Shown: positions 1 through 9,878 of the stretch, piece by piece
How positions within the stretch are numbered: position 1 is the stretch's first letter
How the letters are laid out: each line of letters starts with the position of its first letter
Assembly (NCBI GenBank): GCA_040767085.1
Contig: JAXGPF010000009.1
Span: 160,001-224,000, forward strand
Direction: 5' to 3'
From: Kiritimatiellia bacterium
GTDB lineage: Bacteria > Verrucomicrobiota > Kiritimatiellia > JAAZAB01
DNA length: 64,000 bases
Made by a program: the position numbers and the translations under genes
The notes under the pieces: generated by a model
Databases searched by the model: none
Told to the model about the DNA's origin: nothing
The model's input: only the letters and a program-made list of their open reading frames with translations

Positions 1-2329
1 TCCAATACTCGATGTTTTCATCATCGCGCAAGACCAGGCTGAAGCCGGTCCAAAACAATCCGGCCGCTTCCGGATGGTCCCCTATCCCTTCATTTTCCGC
101 GACCTGGAAAATCACCCATGGCGGGACTGCATGTTCGACGCAGGGGACATATCGGCTGCGCAAGGCATGGCGGGACAAAGCCGCGTCTTCCTGGCGCACG
201 GCAAAGGCCGTCCGGCAATCAACGCGCACGCGCCCGATCTCATCCCGCGGCTGGGGCTGGACATAAGAATCGCGCGGCGTCCGGATGGCGCCGGACGACA
301 ACACCGCGAGCTTGTTGGCGGCATACCGGTCGCAGTAAAGGGTTTTGACGCCGAGCGCGGTTAATTTTCCGCAAAGCGCCGGCGCCGCTTCCCGCTCATC
401 CGGCCGCGGCGTGCCGGGCGCAAACAATTGTAAAAGCCGCGCCGACCACCACCAATCCGGGCGTTCGGGATAATTGCTGATGCGGATTTTTTTCAGATTG
501 ACCGCCGGCAGGAAAACCTCGAACCGGTAATGATCACCGCCGTAAAACAACCGGTTGCCCGACCAATAATAATGTTTAAAGCCTGTCAGCGGGACCAATT
601 CCCGCCATTCACTTTGGCCATCCGCCTGCCCTTCAATCCGCCAGCGGCCCGGGTATTCCTCCCGTTGCAAGGCATACAGCCGCAGCATGGCAACCGGCTG
701 ATTCGTTCGAAACGACACTTCCAGCCAATCCGGCGCTTCTTTTTCCCGGGACCGCCAGGAATGGTTGATCCAGGCATTCGTCACCAGGAACCGGACATCC
801 CTGCCATGAGCATCGACAGCGTATTCGATATCGGCCGGGGCGATCGGAGCAAGGTTGCGCGCCGGCGCTTGCAAGTCGTAATGCGCGGGGAAGCCTGAGA
901 CTTCCGCGAATCGGCCCTGGCCGCCCCAACGATCGAAAAAGAGGGATGGCTCATCGTAATTGCCCAGGATACAGACATCGTCGGCCGCTTCAATGCGCGC
1001 GGCGTAAGGTGGATATCGTTCGCGGTCAATATCCGCCACCAGGATTTTTTCCGCGAGCGCGAAATTCAATCCATGACAGGCGTATTCCGCCAGCAGGTTG
1101 GTCCGGCCGGACGGCAATGCCGCATGCAACAACATTTGGCAACGCGACATGTAAGCCGTATCTTTGCGCAGGCCGGCGCGCGCCCAGGCCAGGCTGCCGG
1201 ATTGCGATGCCGCCAGCAGGATTGTCAGCAAGACGGCGCCGGCCGGGCAACGCCGCGCCAGGCGCGACATGGCCGCGCCGAAAATCACGCCGAACGCGGG
1301 CACGAGCGGCAGGAGGTACCGCGAAGCGCCTGAGATCAACGCGAAATGCGATGTGCTGAATAAGACTGCCGAAAAAAGGATAAAAAGGCCGATGGCCAGG
1401 TGGTAAACCGCCTGGTCCCGGCCGGCGCGCCGCAGGCGGATTGCGCAACCGGCATAAACCAGCAGGGCCAAGACGAGGCCGCAGAAATATATCTGTAAAA
1501 TCCAGCCAGGGGCGTTGATATCCAGCAGACTGATCAGCCTTTTGGAAAAAAACAGCCTCAAGCCATGTGTCACCGGCACACTGCCAAACGAACCGGCAAA
1601 CGAAAAAGTCGGCCAGCCATGGCGCCAGTTATAAATCCAGAAAGGCGCGCTGCCCGCCAGGAAAGCCAGGAAGGCGTAAACGGTCTTCAGGGAGAAAAGC
1701 CGGAACCGCAACGTCAACGCCATCAACACCGCCGCGGCCAGCAAGGCCGATAGAATCAACTGATTGGTCCACCACCCCAGCCCGGCAGACAGGCCCAGGA
1801 CAATGAATTCCGATGTCCGGATAGTTTGCGATTGCCGGAAACGCTGAACCATCCGGGCGCTCAGCCACAGGCATAATGCGCTGAACAGCAAAGTTGCCGC
1901 GTAACCGCCCCGGGGCGAGTGATTATAATGGAAAAAACCCTGCGGCCCGATCAGGCAGAACGCCATGGCGAACAAGCCGGCGGTTTTGTCGCAGGCATCG
2001 CGCGCCCAGCAATACAGCACCGGCAGCAGCAGGAAGGCAACCAGGGCCGTGCCCAGTGAGACGGCCAATCCGGTAGGGCCAAGCAATAAGCAAAACAACG
2101 CGCTGACTGTCGGCTCGAAACTGCCCATGTATGGCTGGCCGTAAAAAAAAACCGGCCACTCGCGTCCTTCGGCAATATGCCTGGCCATCAAGGCCGCGAT
2201 ACCGGCATCCGGGGCGAAATGGTGTTGCATGCACCAGGCGCCGTACAAGCGGAGCACGCCGCCTGTCACCAGCATCAGGAGCAGCCATCCGGAATCAGGC
2301 ACAAAGCGCTTACACTTTTCCCGGGACAT
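1..2329 (-). CDS. Membrane glycosyltransferase, GT39/ArnT (PMT-like) family, with soluble C-terminal region; runs off the left edge
   Basis: Absent from the ORF track because there is no stop inside the window. Manual translation from ATG 2329 (SD GGGGAGG upstream) gives MSREKCKRFVPDSGWLLLMLVTGGVLRLYGAW...DAGIAALMARHIAEGREWPVFFYGQPYMGSFE..., then many hydrophobic segments and 'SRYLLP'. The frame is open to position 2. Confidence 0.75.
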   Translation of the reverse strand, partial: MSREKCKRFVPDSGWLLLMLVTGGVLRLYGAWCMQHHFAPDAGIAALMARHIAEGREWPVFFYGQPYMGSFEPTVSALFCLLLGPTGLAVSLGTALVAFLLLPVLYCWARDACDKTAGLFAMAFCLIGPQGFFHYNHSPRGGYAATLLFSALCLWLSARMVQRFRQSQTIRTSEFIVLGLSAGLGWWTNQLILSALLAAAVLMALTLRFRLFSLKTVYAFLAFLAGSAPFWIYNWRHGWPTFSFAGSFGSVPVTHGLRLFFSKRLISLLDINAPGWILQIYFCGLVLALLVYAGCAIRLRRAGRDQAVYHLAIGLFILFSAVLFSTSHFALISGASRYLLPLVPAFGVIFGAAMSRLARRCPAGAVLLTILLAASQSGSLAWARAGLRKDTAYMSRCQMLLHAALPSGRTNLLAEYACHGLNFALAEKILVADIDRERYPPYAARIEAADDVCILGNYDEPSLFFDRWGGQGRFAEVSGFPAHYDLQAPARNLAPIAPADIEYAVDAHGRDVRFLVTNAWINHSWRSREKEAPDWLEVSFRTNQPVAMLRLYALQREEYPGRWRIEGQADGQSEWRELVPLTGFKHYYWSGNRLFYGGDHYRFEVFLPAVNLKKIRISNYPERPDWWWSARLLQLFAPGTPRPDEREAAPALCGKLTALGVKTLYCDRYAANKLAVLSSGAIRTPRDSYVQPQPRDEIGRVRVDCRTAFAVRQEDAALSRHALRSRYVPCVEHAVPPWVIFQVAENEGIGDHPEAAGLFWTGFSLVLRDDENIEYW

Positions 2330-2471
2330 GTTACCTCCCCGCATATGCTGGGGGAGAGATAACTGTTTTACCCGGAAATGTCAACCATGCAACGCGGGGG
2401 CCCGCATTCGGATGGCAAATTAATCACCTGCGGGAACCGGACCGGATAAATTAACCAAAGATAACAAAACG

Positions 2472-2496
2472 GTAGGGCGGCCAGGCCCTGGGCCGC
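2472..2496 (+). repeat. GTAG-type REP-like palindrome
   Basis: GTAG followed by the imperfect palindrome gcggccagg-c-cctgggccgc, in intergenic DNA. Confidence 0.45.
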
Positions 2497-2500
2497 AATA

Positions 2501-2560
2501 CTCTGCCCCTTTGCCCCTCTGCTCCTTTGAGCCTTTATTCCTCTGCCCCTTTGCCCCTCC
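2501..2560. repeat. Degenerate 8-nt tandem repeat (tgcccctt/tgcccctc)
   Basis: ctctgcccct ttgcccctct gctcctttga gcctttattc ctctgcccct ttgcccctc; a similar tract lies at ~38757-38790. Confidence 0.55.
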
Positions 2561-2575
2561 TCTAAATTCCCCGTT

Positions 2576-4078
2576 TCACCGGAACGAAAACACCGTCCCG
2601 TCGCGCAAGCCTTCAAACGCGCCCATATCCACGATGCGCTGGCGGATGCGCGGGTTGCCGTCCAGGTCCAGTGCGCCGGCCATCCAAAGCTGGTTTAAGC
2701 CCGCATTGATGCATGGGGAACGCGATTGCAGCCGGTAATCGCCGGCTTCAAAATCCGCGAAGAGCGGATCATCCTCGATATTGCCCGTGCCGTAGTCGGC
2801 CACGGAGGGCGCCGTGCAGGTGTTGGTAAAGAAACCGGCCGTATACGTCCAATTCGAGCCGCTGATGCCGGCGGTGTTCAAATACACGATGGAATTTTCC
2901 ACCAGCCCTCCGCCCAAGTACACGCCCCCGCCGTTGGTCACCACCGCATTGGAGACGATGGTGGAACTGCGCACCACGGCGGCGGTATTGGTCTGCCAGA
3001 CGCCTCCGCCCTGGTTACCCGCGTTGTTGCCGGCCAGCAGGCAGCCGATGACGGCGCTATTGTGGTAAATCCCGCCGCCATTGCGCATGGCGTAATTGGC
3101 CATCAGCCGGCAATTGACAATCTGGCTGTTGGTCGCGGTATTGTAAATGCCGCCGCCGTCGCCGTTCGAGTGCGTGCGGTTGGAAACGACCGTACAATCC
3201 GCAATGACGGCATTGTTTAAATAAATCCCAGCCCCGAGAAAGGCCGCATTGCTGGACACAATGCAATTCGTGACAATCCAATCCGGCGCGGCGCTATCGG
3301 CTTTCACCCCGCCGCCGCGGCCAGCCGTGGAATTATTGCTGAACACACATCCGGAAAGAATATTCGAATGGGACGAACTATTGGCCCGAAACCCGCCGCC
3401 GCCAAAGGCGGCCGACCCGATGTTCGCGCGATTCCCGATGAAACGGCAATCCACGACCACGGACCCGGGTAAACTCAAATCCAGGCCGCCGCCGCCCCAG
3501 CCGGCCACGTTGCCGATGAAGGTGCAATTGGATACAAGCGCCGGAATCTTGCCGGCGCCGCCGGTTTGATCATAATAGGCCAGTCCGCCGCCGCCTTGCG
3601 CGCTGACGCAATTGACGAACACGCAATTTTTGACGGCATTGCCCGGTGAATTCGGGTGAATATAACATCCCCCCCCGTAGTTGGCGGAATTGCAGTTGGA
3701 AATCGTCAGCCCGTCCAAAACCACGCGGTGCCCGTCGAATCCAGGAAATGTGCCCTGGCCGTCAATGATCGTCTGCTCCGCCCCGCCGGCGCCGACAAAT
3801 TGCATTAATCCTTTATTGGGAACAACCAGTGTTCCAGTGATCGAGTGCGTGCCATTGGAGATATACACGGTAGAATCGTTGGTAAGGATGGAGACGGCGT
3901 AATTGAGCGTCTGCCAGGCGGTGCCCCAAGTGGCGCCGTCAGCCGCGTCGCTGCCGTTAGTGGCCACGTAATAAGTCGCGGCCGATGCCGACTGGCAAAG
4001 CATTCCGGCCAACCAGGAGATCAACAAGGCGCCGCGCAAACGCGCCGCCTGCCGCATTATAATTCCGGATTTAATCAT
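2576..4078 (-). CDS. Secreted right-handed beta-helix repeat protein with choice-of-anchor Q-like C-terminus
   Basis: Signal peptide ending ASA|ATYYVA; repeated N-x-A-x(2-4)-GGG units; tail DPLF...DYRLQSRSPCINAG...DLDGNPRI...VDMGAFE; ends GTVFSFR. Confidence 0.85.
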   Translation of the reverse strand: MIKSGIIMRQAARLRGALLISWLAGMLCQSASAATYYVATNGSDAADGATWGTAWQTLNYAVSILTNDSTVYISNGTHSITGTLVVPNKGLMQFVGAGGAEQTIIDGQGTFPGFDGHRVVLDGLTISNCNSANYGGGCYIHPNSPGNAVKNCVFVNCVSAQGGGGLAYYDQTGGAGKIPALVSNCTFIGNVAGWGGGGLDLSLPGSVVVDCRFIGNRANIGSAAFGGGGFRANSSSHSNILSGCVFSNNSTAGRGGGVKADSAAPDWIVTNCIVSSNAAFLGAGIYLNNAVIADCTVVSNRTHSNGDGGGIYNTATNSQIVNCRLMANYAMRNGGGIYHNSAVIGCLLAGNNAGNQGGGVWQTNTAAVVRSSTIVSNAVVTNGGGVYLGGGLVENSIVYLNTAGISGSNWTYTAGFFTNTCTAPSVADYGTGNIEDDPLFADFEAGDYRLQSRSPCINAGLNQLWMAGALDLDGNPRIRQRIVDMGAFEGLRDGTVFSFR

Positions 4079-4126
4079 GATGCCTGCCCTTTCTGTTAAT
4101 TACATGTTTCTCTGAGTTAATTAATA

Positions 4127-4154
4127 ATCATACCACATTTTTGTTACACAACAA
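4127..4154 (-). promoter_or_regulatory. Putative sigma70 promoter of the beta-helix gene
   Basis: Minus strand TTGTTG-N16-TATGAT with extended -10 TG, about 50 nt upstream of ATG 4078. Confidence 0.45.
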
Positions 4155-4201
4155 GGCCTACGGCGCCGTTACACTGCTTTTGCAGCTACTGCCATTCTGC
4201 T

Positions 4202-4230
4202 CTGTAGCGGTCCGGCTTTGCCGGACATCC
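4202..4230 (+). repeat. GTAG-type REP element (identical copy at 48901-48929)
   Basis: ctgtagcggtccggctttgccggacatcc is 29/29 identical at two distant intergenic sites; stem gtccggc/gccggac. Confidence 0.7.
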
Positions 4231-4276
4231 CGGATTCCGCCATGCACCACATCCCGCTTCGTCAGACTACGCAGGA

Positions 4277-4366
4277 CGCGCAGCAGCGCTTTGGAGTGCG
4301 GGGGGGGGGGGGGGGCGGCCCCCCCAGCTTGACAAACCAAAGCGGCGTCAAGCCGCCGCACTCCAT
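4277..4366. repeat. Inverted-repeat element of the TTGGAGTGCG...CAAAGCGGCGTCAAGC family
   Basis: tggagtgcgg at 4292 pairs with ccgcactcca at ~4356-4365; caaagcggcgtcaagc also occurs at 35379-35394. Confidence 0.6.
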
Positions 4367-4373
4367 AAATCGC

Positions 4374-6467
4374 TCATATAAATCGCCTGGCCTCGAATTG
4401 CAGTTCGCTTTTGAAAATGAACCGGCGGTCCGGCGGTGGCAGCCCGCGGCCGCGTCTGTAGGCACAGCATATCTCATCAAATTTACCGGTCAGCCGCCGC
4501 AGATCCTTGTCGTAGGAAGCCAGGCGGTCGAGATGAAACTGTTTCAGCCCGGGCGTGCCCATGCCGGCAGCCCGCCACGCCGCCGCAATGCGCCGGCGCA
4601 GCGGCGGCAAGTCGGCGCGCAAGGCGTCAAGATTGCCGCGGATGCGCCCTAAATCGCGCAGGACGCCCGGGAGGTCCGGCGGCCCCATTTTTTCAAACTG
4701 CCAGTGATTAAAATGCTGGCGGCGATAGGCCTGGCGGTAAAGCTCGCGGCATTCCTCAATGAGCAAGACCCGCCGGGCAAACGTTTCAAACCGGTCGGCC
4801 GCCAGCCGCAGGCATTCTACAAAATGCCGGTTGCGCGCCACGCGCCCTTCCCATTGCGCCAGCACGTCCCGGGCGCGCCGGGTCAGCGGGAGGATGGCGT
4901 TAATCCGGGCAAGGACTTCCGCGCGGCTGAGACGGTCCAAGGCCAGGTCTTCGACGTCAAACATCAGGCTGACCGTGTCAAAGCGGTAGGGAAATCCGCC
5001 GCCATTGTCGAACACGTTGCACCGGCCCAGGTCCATGGCGGCGCGCGCGATGGCATCCGTGCCGGCGCCCAGGAACACCCGGTCGAATTGCGCCAGGAAA
5101 GCGCGGCGGCCAGCGGCGCGGGGGTTCCATGCCAGGCCGGCATGGCGCCAGACTCCCAGCCAGGACTGTGCCGTCCATGAACAATTGAAATTCCAGACGC
5201 AGGCGGTATGCGCCACGGTCCGCCGCCCGAGGGCCGGATCGCTATCCAGCAGGCGCGCGAACTCCTCGACATTCGCCAGCCGGTATTCATACGCGGGCAA
5301 CACGTTTTCCATCGTATGCACCGCCGAATACAGATGCAGCCGGCGGGCCGGCGCCCGGCGCGCGATTTCGCGGAAGCCCGGCGCGCCCATGCCGGGCGCG
5401 TAAAACCAGTAGGCCAGCTCGATGTCCGGGTCCAGCAGGTCCAGCGCCTGCCAGCGCGGGGATTGCGCCGGGGCGGCATGGAAGAAATCGGTCCAGACAA
5501 ACGGCTGTTTGCCGAGTTTTTTCAGGATACGGCAGACCATGTTGACGTGCCTGGCCCAACTCTTTTCCACGCCTAGTTTGCGGCAGGCGGGGCATGCCCC
5601 GAGCATTTCCACCTCGTCGCAGCCCGGCGAAAACCGGCGGGCGGGAAAAAGCTCGCACAGTTCCCGCAGGACTTTTTCGAGAAACTGCCCGGCCCGGGGA
5701 TTGCTGGGGCAAAAGTTCGTGCCTCTGCCGGCTTCGGACAAGTCCGCATGATGCCGGCCCATGACCGGCGACCAGTGTCCGAAGCAATTGAATGCCGGCA
5801 CGATTTCCACAAATCTTTCCCTGGCATAATTTACCAAGGCGCGCATGTCCGCTTTCGTCATAGCGCCGCGCGGCGCCAGTTCCGGGCAACTTTCCAGGCG
5901 CACCGAGGAAAACTCGTCGTAGTAAACCAGCGTGTTCAGCTTGCACTCGCTCATGCATTCGATCACCGACTCCAGGTAATCGCGCCGGATATGCGTGCCC
6001 GCCCGGGCCCATTGCCGGCAATCCAGCAGGATTGACCGCACCGGCGCCTGCGGCCAGTCATGGATCAAGACGCATGGCCAGGTTGTTTTCGCCGCCGAAT
6101 GCCGCGCCAGTTGGGTCAGGGTCCGTCCCGCATAAAACGCTCCGGCCGGCCCATTCGCGGCAACCGCAATGCCGTCGGGACTGATATCCAGCGCATACGC
6201 CTCGGCGCCTTTGCCGGCAATTGCCCGCGCCAAGTGCGCCTGGCGCTGCTGGCAGCGCTTTGCACCGGCACCGGCCGGGCTTGGAACGAATTGGACTTGA
6301 GCGCCATCCGCCCCTGCGAATCCGGCGAGTATTTGCTCCAGGCCGGCGGCGCCGGCCAAACGCGCGGCACGCCCGCCCGCCGCATCAACCAGTGTGAATG
6401 CGCGGCCACCGAAGTTGCCGGCCCGGCGCCGGACAATTTGCGGGGTTGGGATCAGGGCCGGCTTCAT
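4374..6467 (-). CDS. Glycoside hydrolase family 20-like (beta-N-acetylhexosaminidase)
   Basis: ALIPTPQ start; EAYALDI...GAFYAGRTL domain 2; DWP...RSILLD; FNCFGH; catalytic-type GCDE motif. Confidence 0.8.
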   Translation of the reverse strand: MKPALIPTPQIVRRRAGNFGGRAFTLVDAAGGRAARLAGAAGLEQILAGFAGADGAQVQFVPSPAGAGAKRCQQRQAHLARAIAGKGAEAYALDISPDGIAVAANGPAGAFYAGRTLTQLARHSAAKTTWPCVLIHDWPQAPVRSILLDCRQWARAGTHIRRDYLESVIECMSECKLNTLVYYDEFSSVRLESCPELAPRGAMTKADMRALVNYARERFVEIVPAFNCFGHWSPVMGRHHADLSEAGRGTNFCPSNPRAGQFLEKVLRELCELFPARRFSPGCDEVEMLGACPACRKLGVEKSWARHVNMVCRILKKLGKQPFVWTDFFHAAPAQSPRWQALDLLDPDIELAYWFYAPGMGAPGFREIARRAPARRLHLYSAVHTMENVLPAYEYRLANVEEFARLLDSDPALGRRTVAHTACVWNFNCSWTAQSWLGVWRHAGLAWNPRAAGRRAFLAQFDRVFLGAGTDAIARAAMDLGRCNVFDNGGGFPYRFDTVSLMFDVEDLALDRLSRAEVLARINAILPLTRRARDVLAQWEGRVARNRHFVECLRLAADRFETFARRVLLIEECRELYRQAYRRQHFNHWQFEKMGPPDLPGVLRDLGRIRGNLDALRADLPPLRRRIAAAWRAAGMGTPGLKQFHLDRLASYDKDLRRLTGKFDEICCAYRRGRGLPPPDRRFIFKSELQFEARRFI

Positions 6468-9400
6468 TCCGCGCCTCCGATGATGATGCGGCCGAACTTG
6501 GACGGATCGCTGGATACGCCCTTCTCGCCGCCCCAGAGCATGACGGTTTTAACTTTAGCGCCTTCAACTTCGCCGAATCCTTTTTCGTCCTGGTCGCCCA
6601 GGTGCATGGCGAATCCCATGATCGCGCCGGGCTTGAATGCAAACTCCGGGAAGGCGGCGCGCGGAATTTTGATGACGTACGCATAGCCGTCCGGCAGGAG
6701 TTTAGAGGCATATTCCATCCCGGGAATTTCCATTCCCCGCTTGGCTTTCGACACATGATGGAAAGGCGGCAGGGCCGGGTCCATGCTGGGCGCGAACTTG
6801 ATGTGATAAACACCTTCGGAATAGGTCGGCGTGCCCTGCCCGGCCGGCCCGCGCCCGTCAATGAACAACTCGATGCAGTCGCCCTCGTAAATGTAAATCG
6901 GCTCGGTGCGGGCCAGGTTCATCACCTTGTTGTCCCAAACGCGCACGGCAATATAAAGGTTGGCGTCATCATATTTCACCGCCGCCCGGGCTGACAGGTC
7001 GTTGGTCCCGGCCCAATCCACATGCTGGTTCATCATGTATAACTTGGTGTACGGGATTCCCATGATCACCTGTTCCGGATTGTCAATCGCGGCTTGAAAT
7101 TGAGCCACATCGCCCCACTGCGAGAGATCGCCGTCCACGCGCAGCGGCTCCCGCGCCGGCCATGCGATGGTGCTTAGCCGGACCGGCAGAATTTCCGTCC
7201 GGCCAGCCGCGCCGATGAAAGCGTCCCCGGATGCAAATTCCACCCGCATGACCTGGTTATGCAAAACGCTTTGCGGCACTGCCACTTCGAATTCCAGGTT
7301 TGTGACCGCATCCCCGGCCAGGCGCACGGCGCGCTCTGGAATGGCGGCAAACGGCTCAGGCAGAGCCAAGCGCACGGCGCCTGAAACTTCCCGGCCCAGC
7401 GGGTTATGCACGGAAACCCGCACTCGGGCGGACAGGCCGGGGCAGGCGTGTTCCGCCGGCGCGTAGACGCCCAGCACCGGCCCGCATTCGTCGAGCCGGG
7501 CGATGCCGGACAACAGAACCGGGATATTGGATTGCAGCTTGAACTTGATGACATTGCCATCGCGCGCATGCGGGTACGGATTGGCGTAGTGGTCCCGGAC
7601 CAGCAGGCCGGCGCCGGCCAGCCGCAGGAATATTTCGGCTTCATCCCGATCGGTGAACGCCACCAGCCGGTATTCCGGCGCATCCCCGCCGGCTTGGAAC
7701 AAATAACCCCGCAAATAACCGGCGCCCAGGTCCACCCGGCGCATAAACTTGCAGCCGTTCAGCAGTCCGGTAATATTGGCATAGGCGGCGGACTCCGTCG
7801 AGGGAGTATGCGGAGCGAATTGCAGATCGGAAATCATGCTGCCGCCGATAGACGACCACCACAGGGCGTATTGACAGTCCGCCACCATGTTCAGCGTATG
7901 CCCGCGTACCGCCCGGAATGCGCCGGTGTGCCAGTCCACAAATGAGATGCGGCCGCGCTTGGTGTAAAACTCCGGCATTTCCTTGCCCTTGATGGACTCG
8001 TCAAACTCCGCGGCCGTCATGGGATATCCGTCCGGATGGATGGCCAACCCCAGCAACTGGTAGCAGCCGTATTCCGTGTTGGCCCAGCGCCATGGCCGCG
8101 CCGCCTGCCCCGGGGCGGAGCGATCCTGGAGCGCCTGTTGCAGAAACCGGGCATACGGCTCGAGATTTTTTTCATCGGTGAGCTGGCCCGCATCCGCCCC
8201 GCCCACCCATCCGTAAGGATGGAATGTGTAAACGTCGGCCTTGCCGACCGCCTCTTTGGCAACACCTTGAGCCCAGTCATGATAGCCGGCATAATTGCAG
8301 GCCACCCGGATGGCCGGATCCACGGCATGCAGCTCATCCGCGGTGATGGCCACCAGCCGGCCGTAATGCCGGGGGTCAGAACGCCCGTAGGCTTCGCCGA
8401 AGACTTCATAATCATGCACCTTGCCCCGGTAGCGTTCGCCGAGGGTGCGCACGTATTTCTTCCACAAGGCCATCCCGGCCTCATCCTCCGTATCGGGATA
8501 ATAATACCCCACATAGCCCCGGCTCTGGACACGTTTACGGAACCATTCCGGCGGGTCGTCCAGCATGATGATGGGAATACTGCCGGCGGCCAGCAGGCTG
8601 TTGACCTTCAAATCCAGCCGGTCGAAATACCACTCGCCCTCAGCCGGCTGCAGCGCCGCCCACCCGTCGTAGTGAATCAATCCCCACTTCTGGTAGGTCG
8701 GCGCATTCACCGCCTTGGCGACCGTGAACCCGCTGCGCATCTCCTCACCCGTGCATTCCCGCGGATTAACCGCAATTGTCCGGGCAAATTGAATCTGTAT
8801 CTCCTGCAACACACGGTCTTGATCCATCAGCTTGAACTCGCCCCAGAATAACCCGTTGGCCGCCAGGTCCTCCATCCCGAACGTAATCGCCGTCAATTCC
8901 CCCGCTCCCGCCGCCACCGCCACTTCCTTCTCCAGCACCAGCCGCCGGTCCAAGTCTTTAACCGTCCCGCGCAGCGCCAGCAATTTTTCCGCGGCCAGGG
9001 TGTTCAATACGCCGAAGTTAAACCGCGCCGCCTCGCCCGCGCGAAACGTGGCGTCCACCCGCCCGATATGCGCGGCCATCCGCACAACACCTCCCCCGCC
9101 CTTCACCCACCCCTGCGCCGTCAGCGTCCCTTCCATCCCCGCGTAAAACACCGTGTTGGAATCCACCTCCCAGGCCGCCGGCCGCTCATGCATGGACTTG
9201 ATTTCCGACTCCGTCAGCGCCCGGTCCAGCACCAGCGCCTCGTCCACCAGCGTGCCATGCGGCGAGCGCATGCTCACAAACAAATCCCCCGCCGGCCGCG
9301 CCGGCGCCCCGCCCGCGCCGTATGCTTTCTCGTAAATCTTTTCACCGTCCAGCCAAGTCTGCTCGCGCTCCGGCGTCCAGGTGAACACCGCGTGGTGGAA

Positions 9401-9793
9401 CGCCATGCAAAAATCATTGCTCAGCCAACGCGAGCCCCCGGGATACACCAGGCGCTGCCGCGCCCGGCCCCCAGCATGGCTGATCGCAATCGCCCCGATC
9501 TTCCCGAGCTGCAGCGGCGTCTGCCCGTCATAATGCTCCGACCGGGTCGGCTTGAACCAGCAGGCCATGGTGCCGGATGACGCGTTCGTGCCCGCAAACC
9601 ACGCCGGGTACTCCAGCGCCGGCCCCGTGAACAAACCCAGGCATCGCCCAACCCGCCCCTCCGGATACCAGGCTGCCGCCGGGTCATCGGCGTATTTTTC
9701 CGGGATTTCCACAATCCCGGCGACCCCCGCCGTCCCGCCTCTCAAAACCGCCCACATCACCGCCAATACCAACCGCCATGTGTTTCTTCGCAT
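6464..9793 (-). CDS. Secreted LamG + clan GH-A (GH39/GH5-like) + CBM9-like protein, paralog A
   Basis: Signal peptide; FHHAVFTW...VDEALVLDRALTESEI (LamG); W..LQP.EGEWYFDRLD, YEVFGE, HPY, NTEYG (TIM barrel); VDGDLSQW...YDDANLYIAVRVWD...GDCIELFID (CBM9-like). Confidence 0.75.
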   Translation of the reverse strand: MRRNTWRLVLAVMWAVLRGGTAGVAGIVEIPEKYADDPAAAWYPEGRVGRCLGLFTGPALEYPAWFAGTNASSGTMACWFKPTRSEHYDGQTPLQLGKIGAIAISHAGGRARQRLVYPGGSRWLSNDFCMAFHHAVFTWTPEREQTWLDGEKIYEKAYGAGGAPARPAGDLFVSMRSPHGTLVDEALVLDRALTESEIKSMHERPAAWEVDSNTVFYAGMEGTLTAQGWVKGGGGVVRMAAHIGRVDATFRAGEAARFNFGVLNTLAAEKLLALRGTVKDLDRRLVLEKEVAVAAGAGELTAITFGMEDLAANGLFWGEFKLMDQDRVLQEIQIQFARTIAVNPRECTGEEMRSGFTVAKAVNAPTYQKWGLIHYDGWAALQPAEGEWYFDRLDLKVNSLLAAGSIPIIMLDDPPEWFRKRVQSRGYVGYYYPDTEDEAGMALWKKYVRTLGERYRGKVHDYEVFGEAYGRSDPRHYGRLVAITADELHAVDPAIRVACNYAGYHDWAQGVAKEAVGKADVYTFHPYGWVGGADAGQLTDEKNLEPYARFLQQALQDRSAPGQAARPWRWANTEYGCYQLLGLAIHPDGYPMTAAEFDESIKGKEMPEFYTKRGRISFVDWHTGAFRAVRGHTLNMVADCQYALWWSSIGGSMISDLQFAPHTPSTESAAYANITGLLNGCKFMRRVDLGAGYLRGYLFQAGGDAPEYRLVAFTDRDEAEIFLRLAGAGLLVRDHYANPYPHARDGNVIKFKLQSNIPVLLSGIARLDECGPVLGVYAPAEHACPGLSARVRVSVHNPLGREVSGAVRLALPEPFAAIPERAVRLAGDAVTNLEFEVAVPQSVLHNQVMRVEFASGDAFIGAAGRTEILPVRLSTIAWPAREPLRVDGDLSQWGDVAQFQAAIDNPEQVIMGIPYTKLYMMNQHVDWAGTNDLSARAAVKYDDANLYIAVRVWDNKVMNLARTEPIYIYEGDCIELFIDGRGPAGQGTPTYSEGVYHIKFAPSMDPALPPFHHVSKAKRGMEIPGMEYASKLLPDGYAYVIKIPRAAFPEFAFKPGAIMGFAMHLGDQDEKGFGEVEGAKVKTVMLWGGEKGVSSDPSKFGRIIIGGAE

Positions 9794-9812
9794 TTGTTCC
9801 TCCCTCCCTGGT

Positions 9813-9878
9813 TATGTATGTGAGTGTCGCCGCTCCAAAACACCCACACACTTACACACCCGCACGCTCACACACCCC
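9813..9878. repeat. 8-nt tandem CA-rich repeat
   Basis: cacaccca-type units (cacccaca cacttaca cacccgca cgctcaca cacccc) preceded by a complementary-like tatgtatgtgagtgt. Confidence 0.55.

Noticed and set aside
2143..2151. A9 tract in the glycosyltransferase as a frameshift
   Set aside because: The run reads in frame as V-F-F-Y and the ORF stays open; slippage is possible but unsupported.
4300..4325. G16 homopolymer (plus C7) upstream of the beta-helix gene as a phase-variation tract
   Set aside because: It replaces, at about equal length, the expected left arm (cggcttgacgccgctttgg) of an inverted repeat whose right arm is intact. It is also well upstream of the putative promoter. A poly-G base-calling artefact at a strong hairpin is more likely; needs raw reads.
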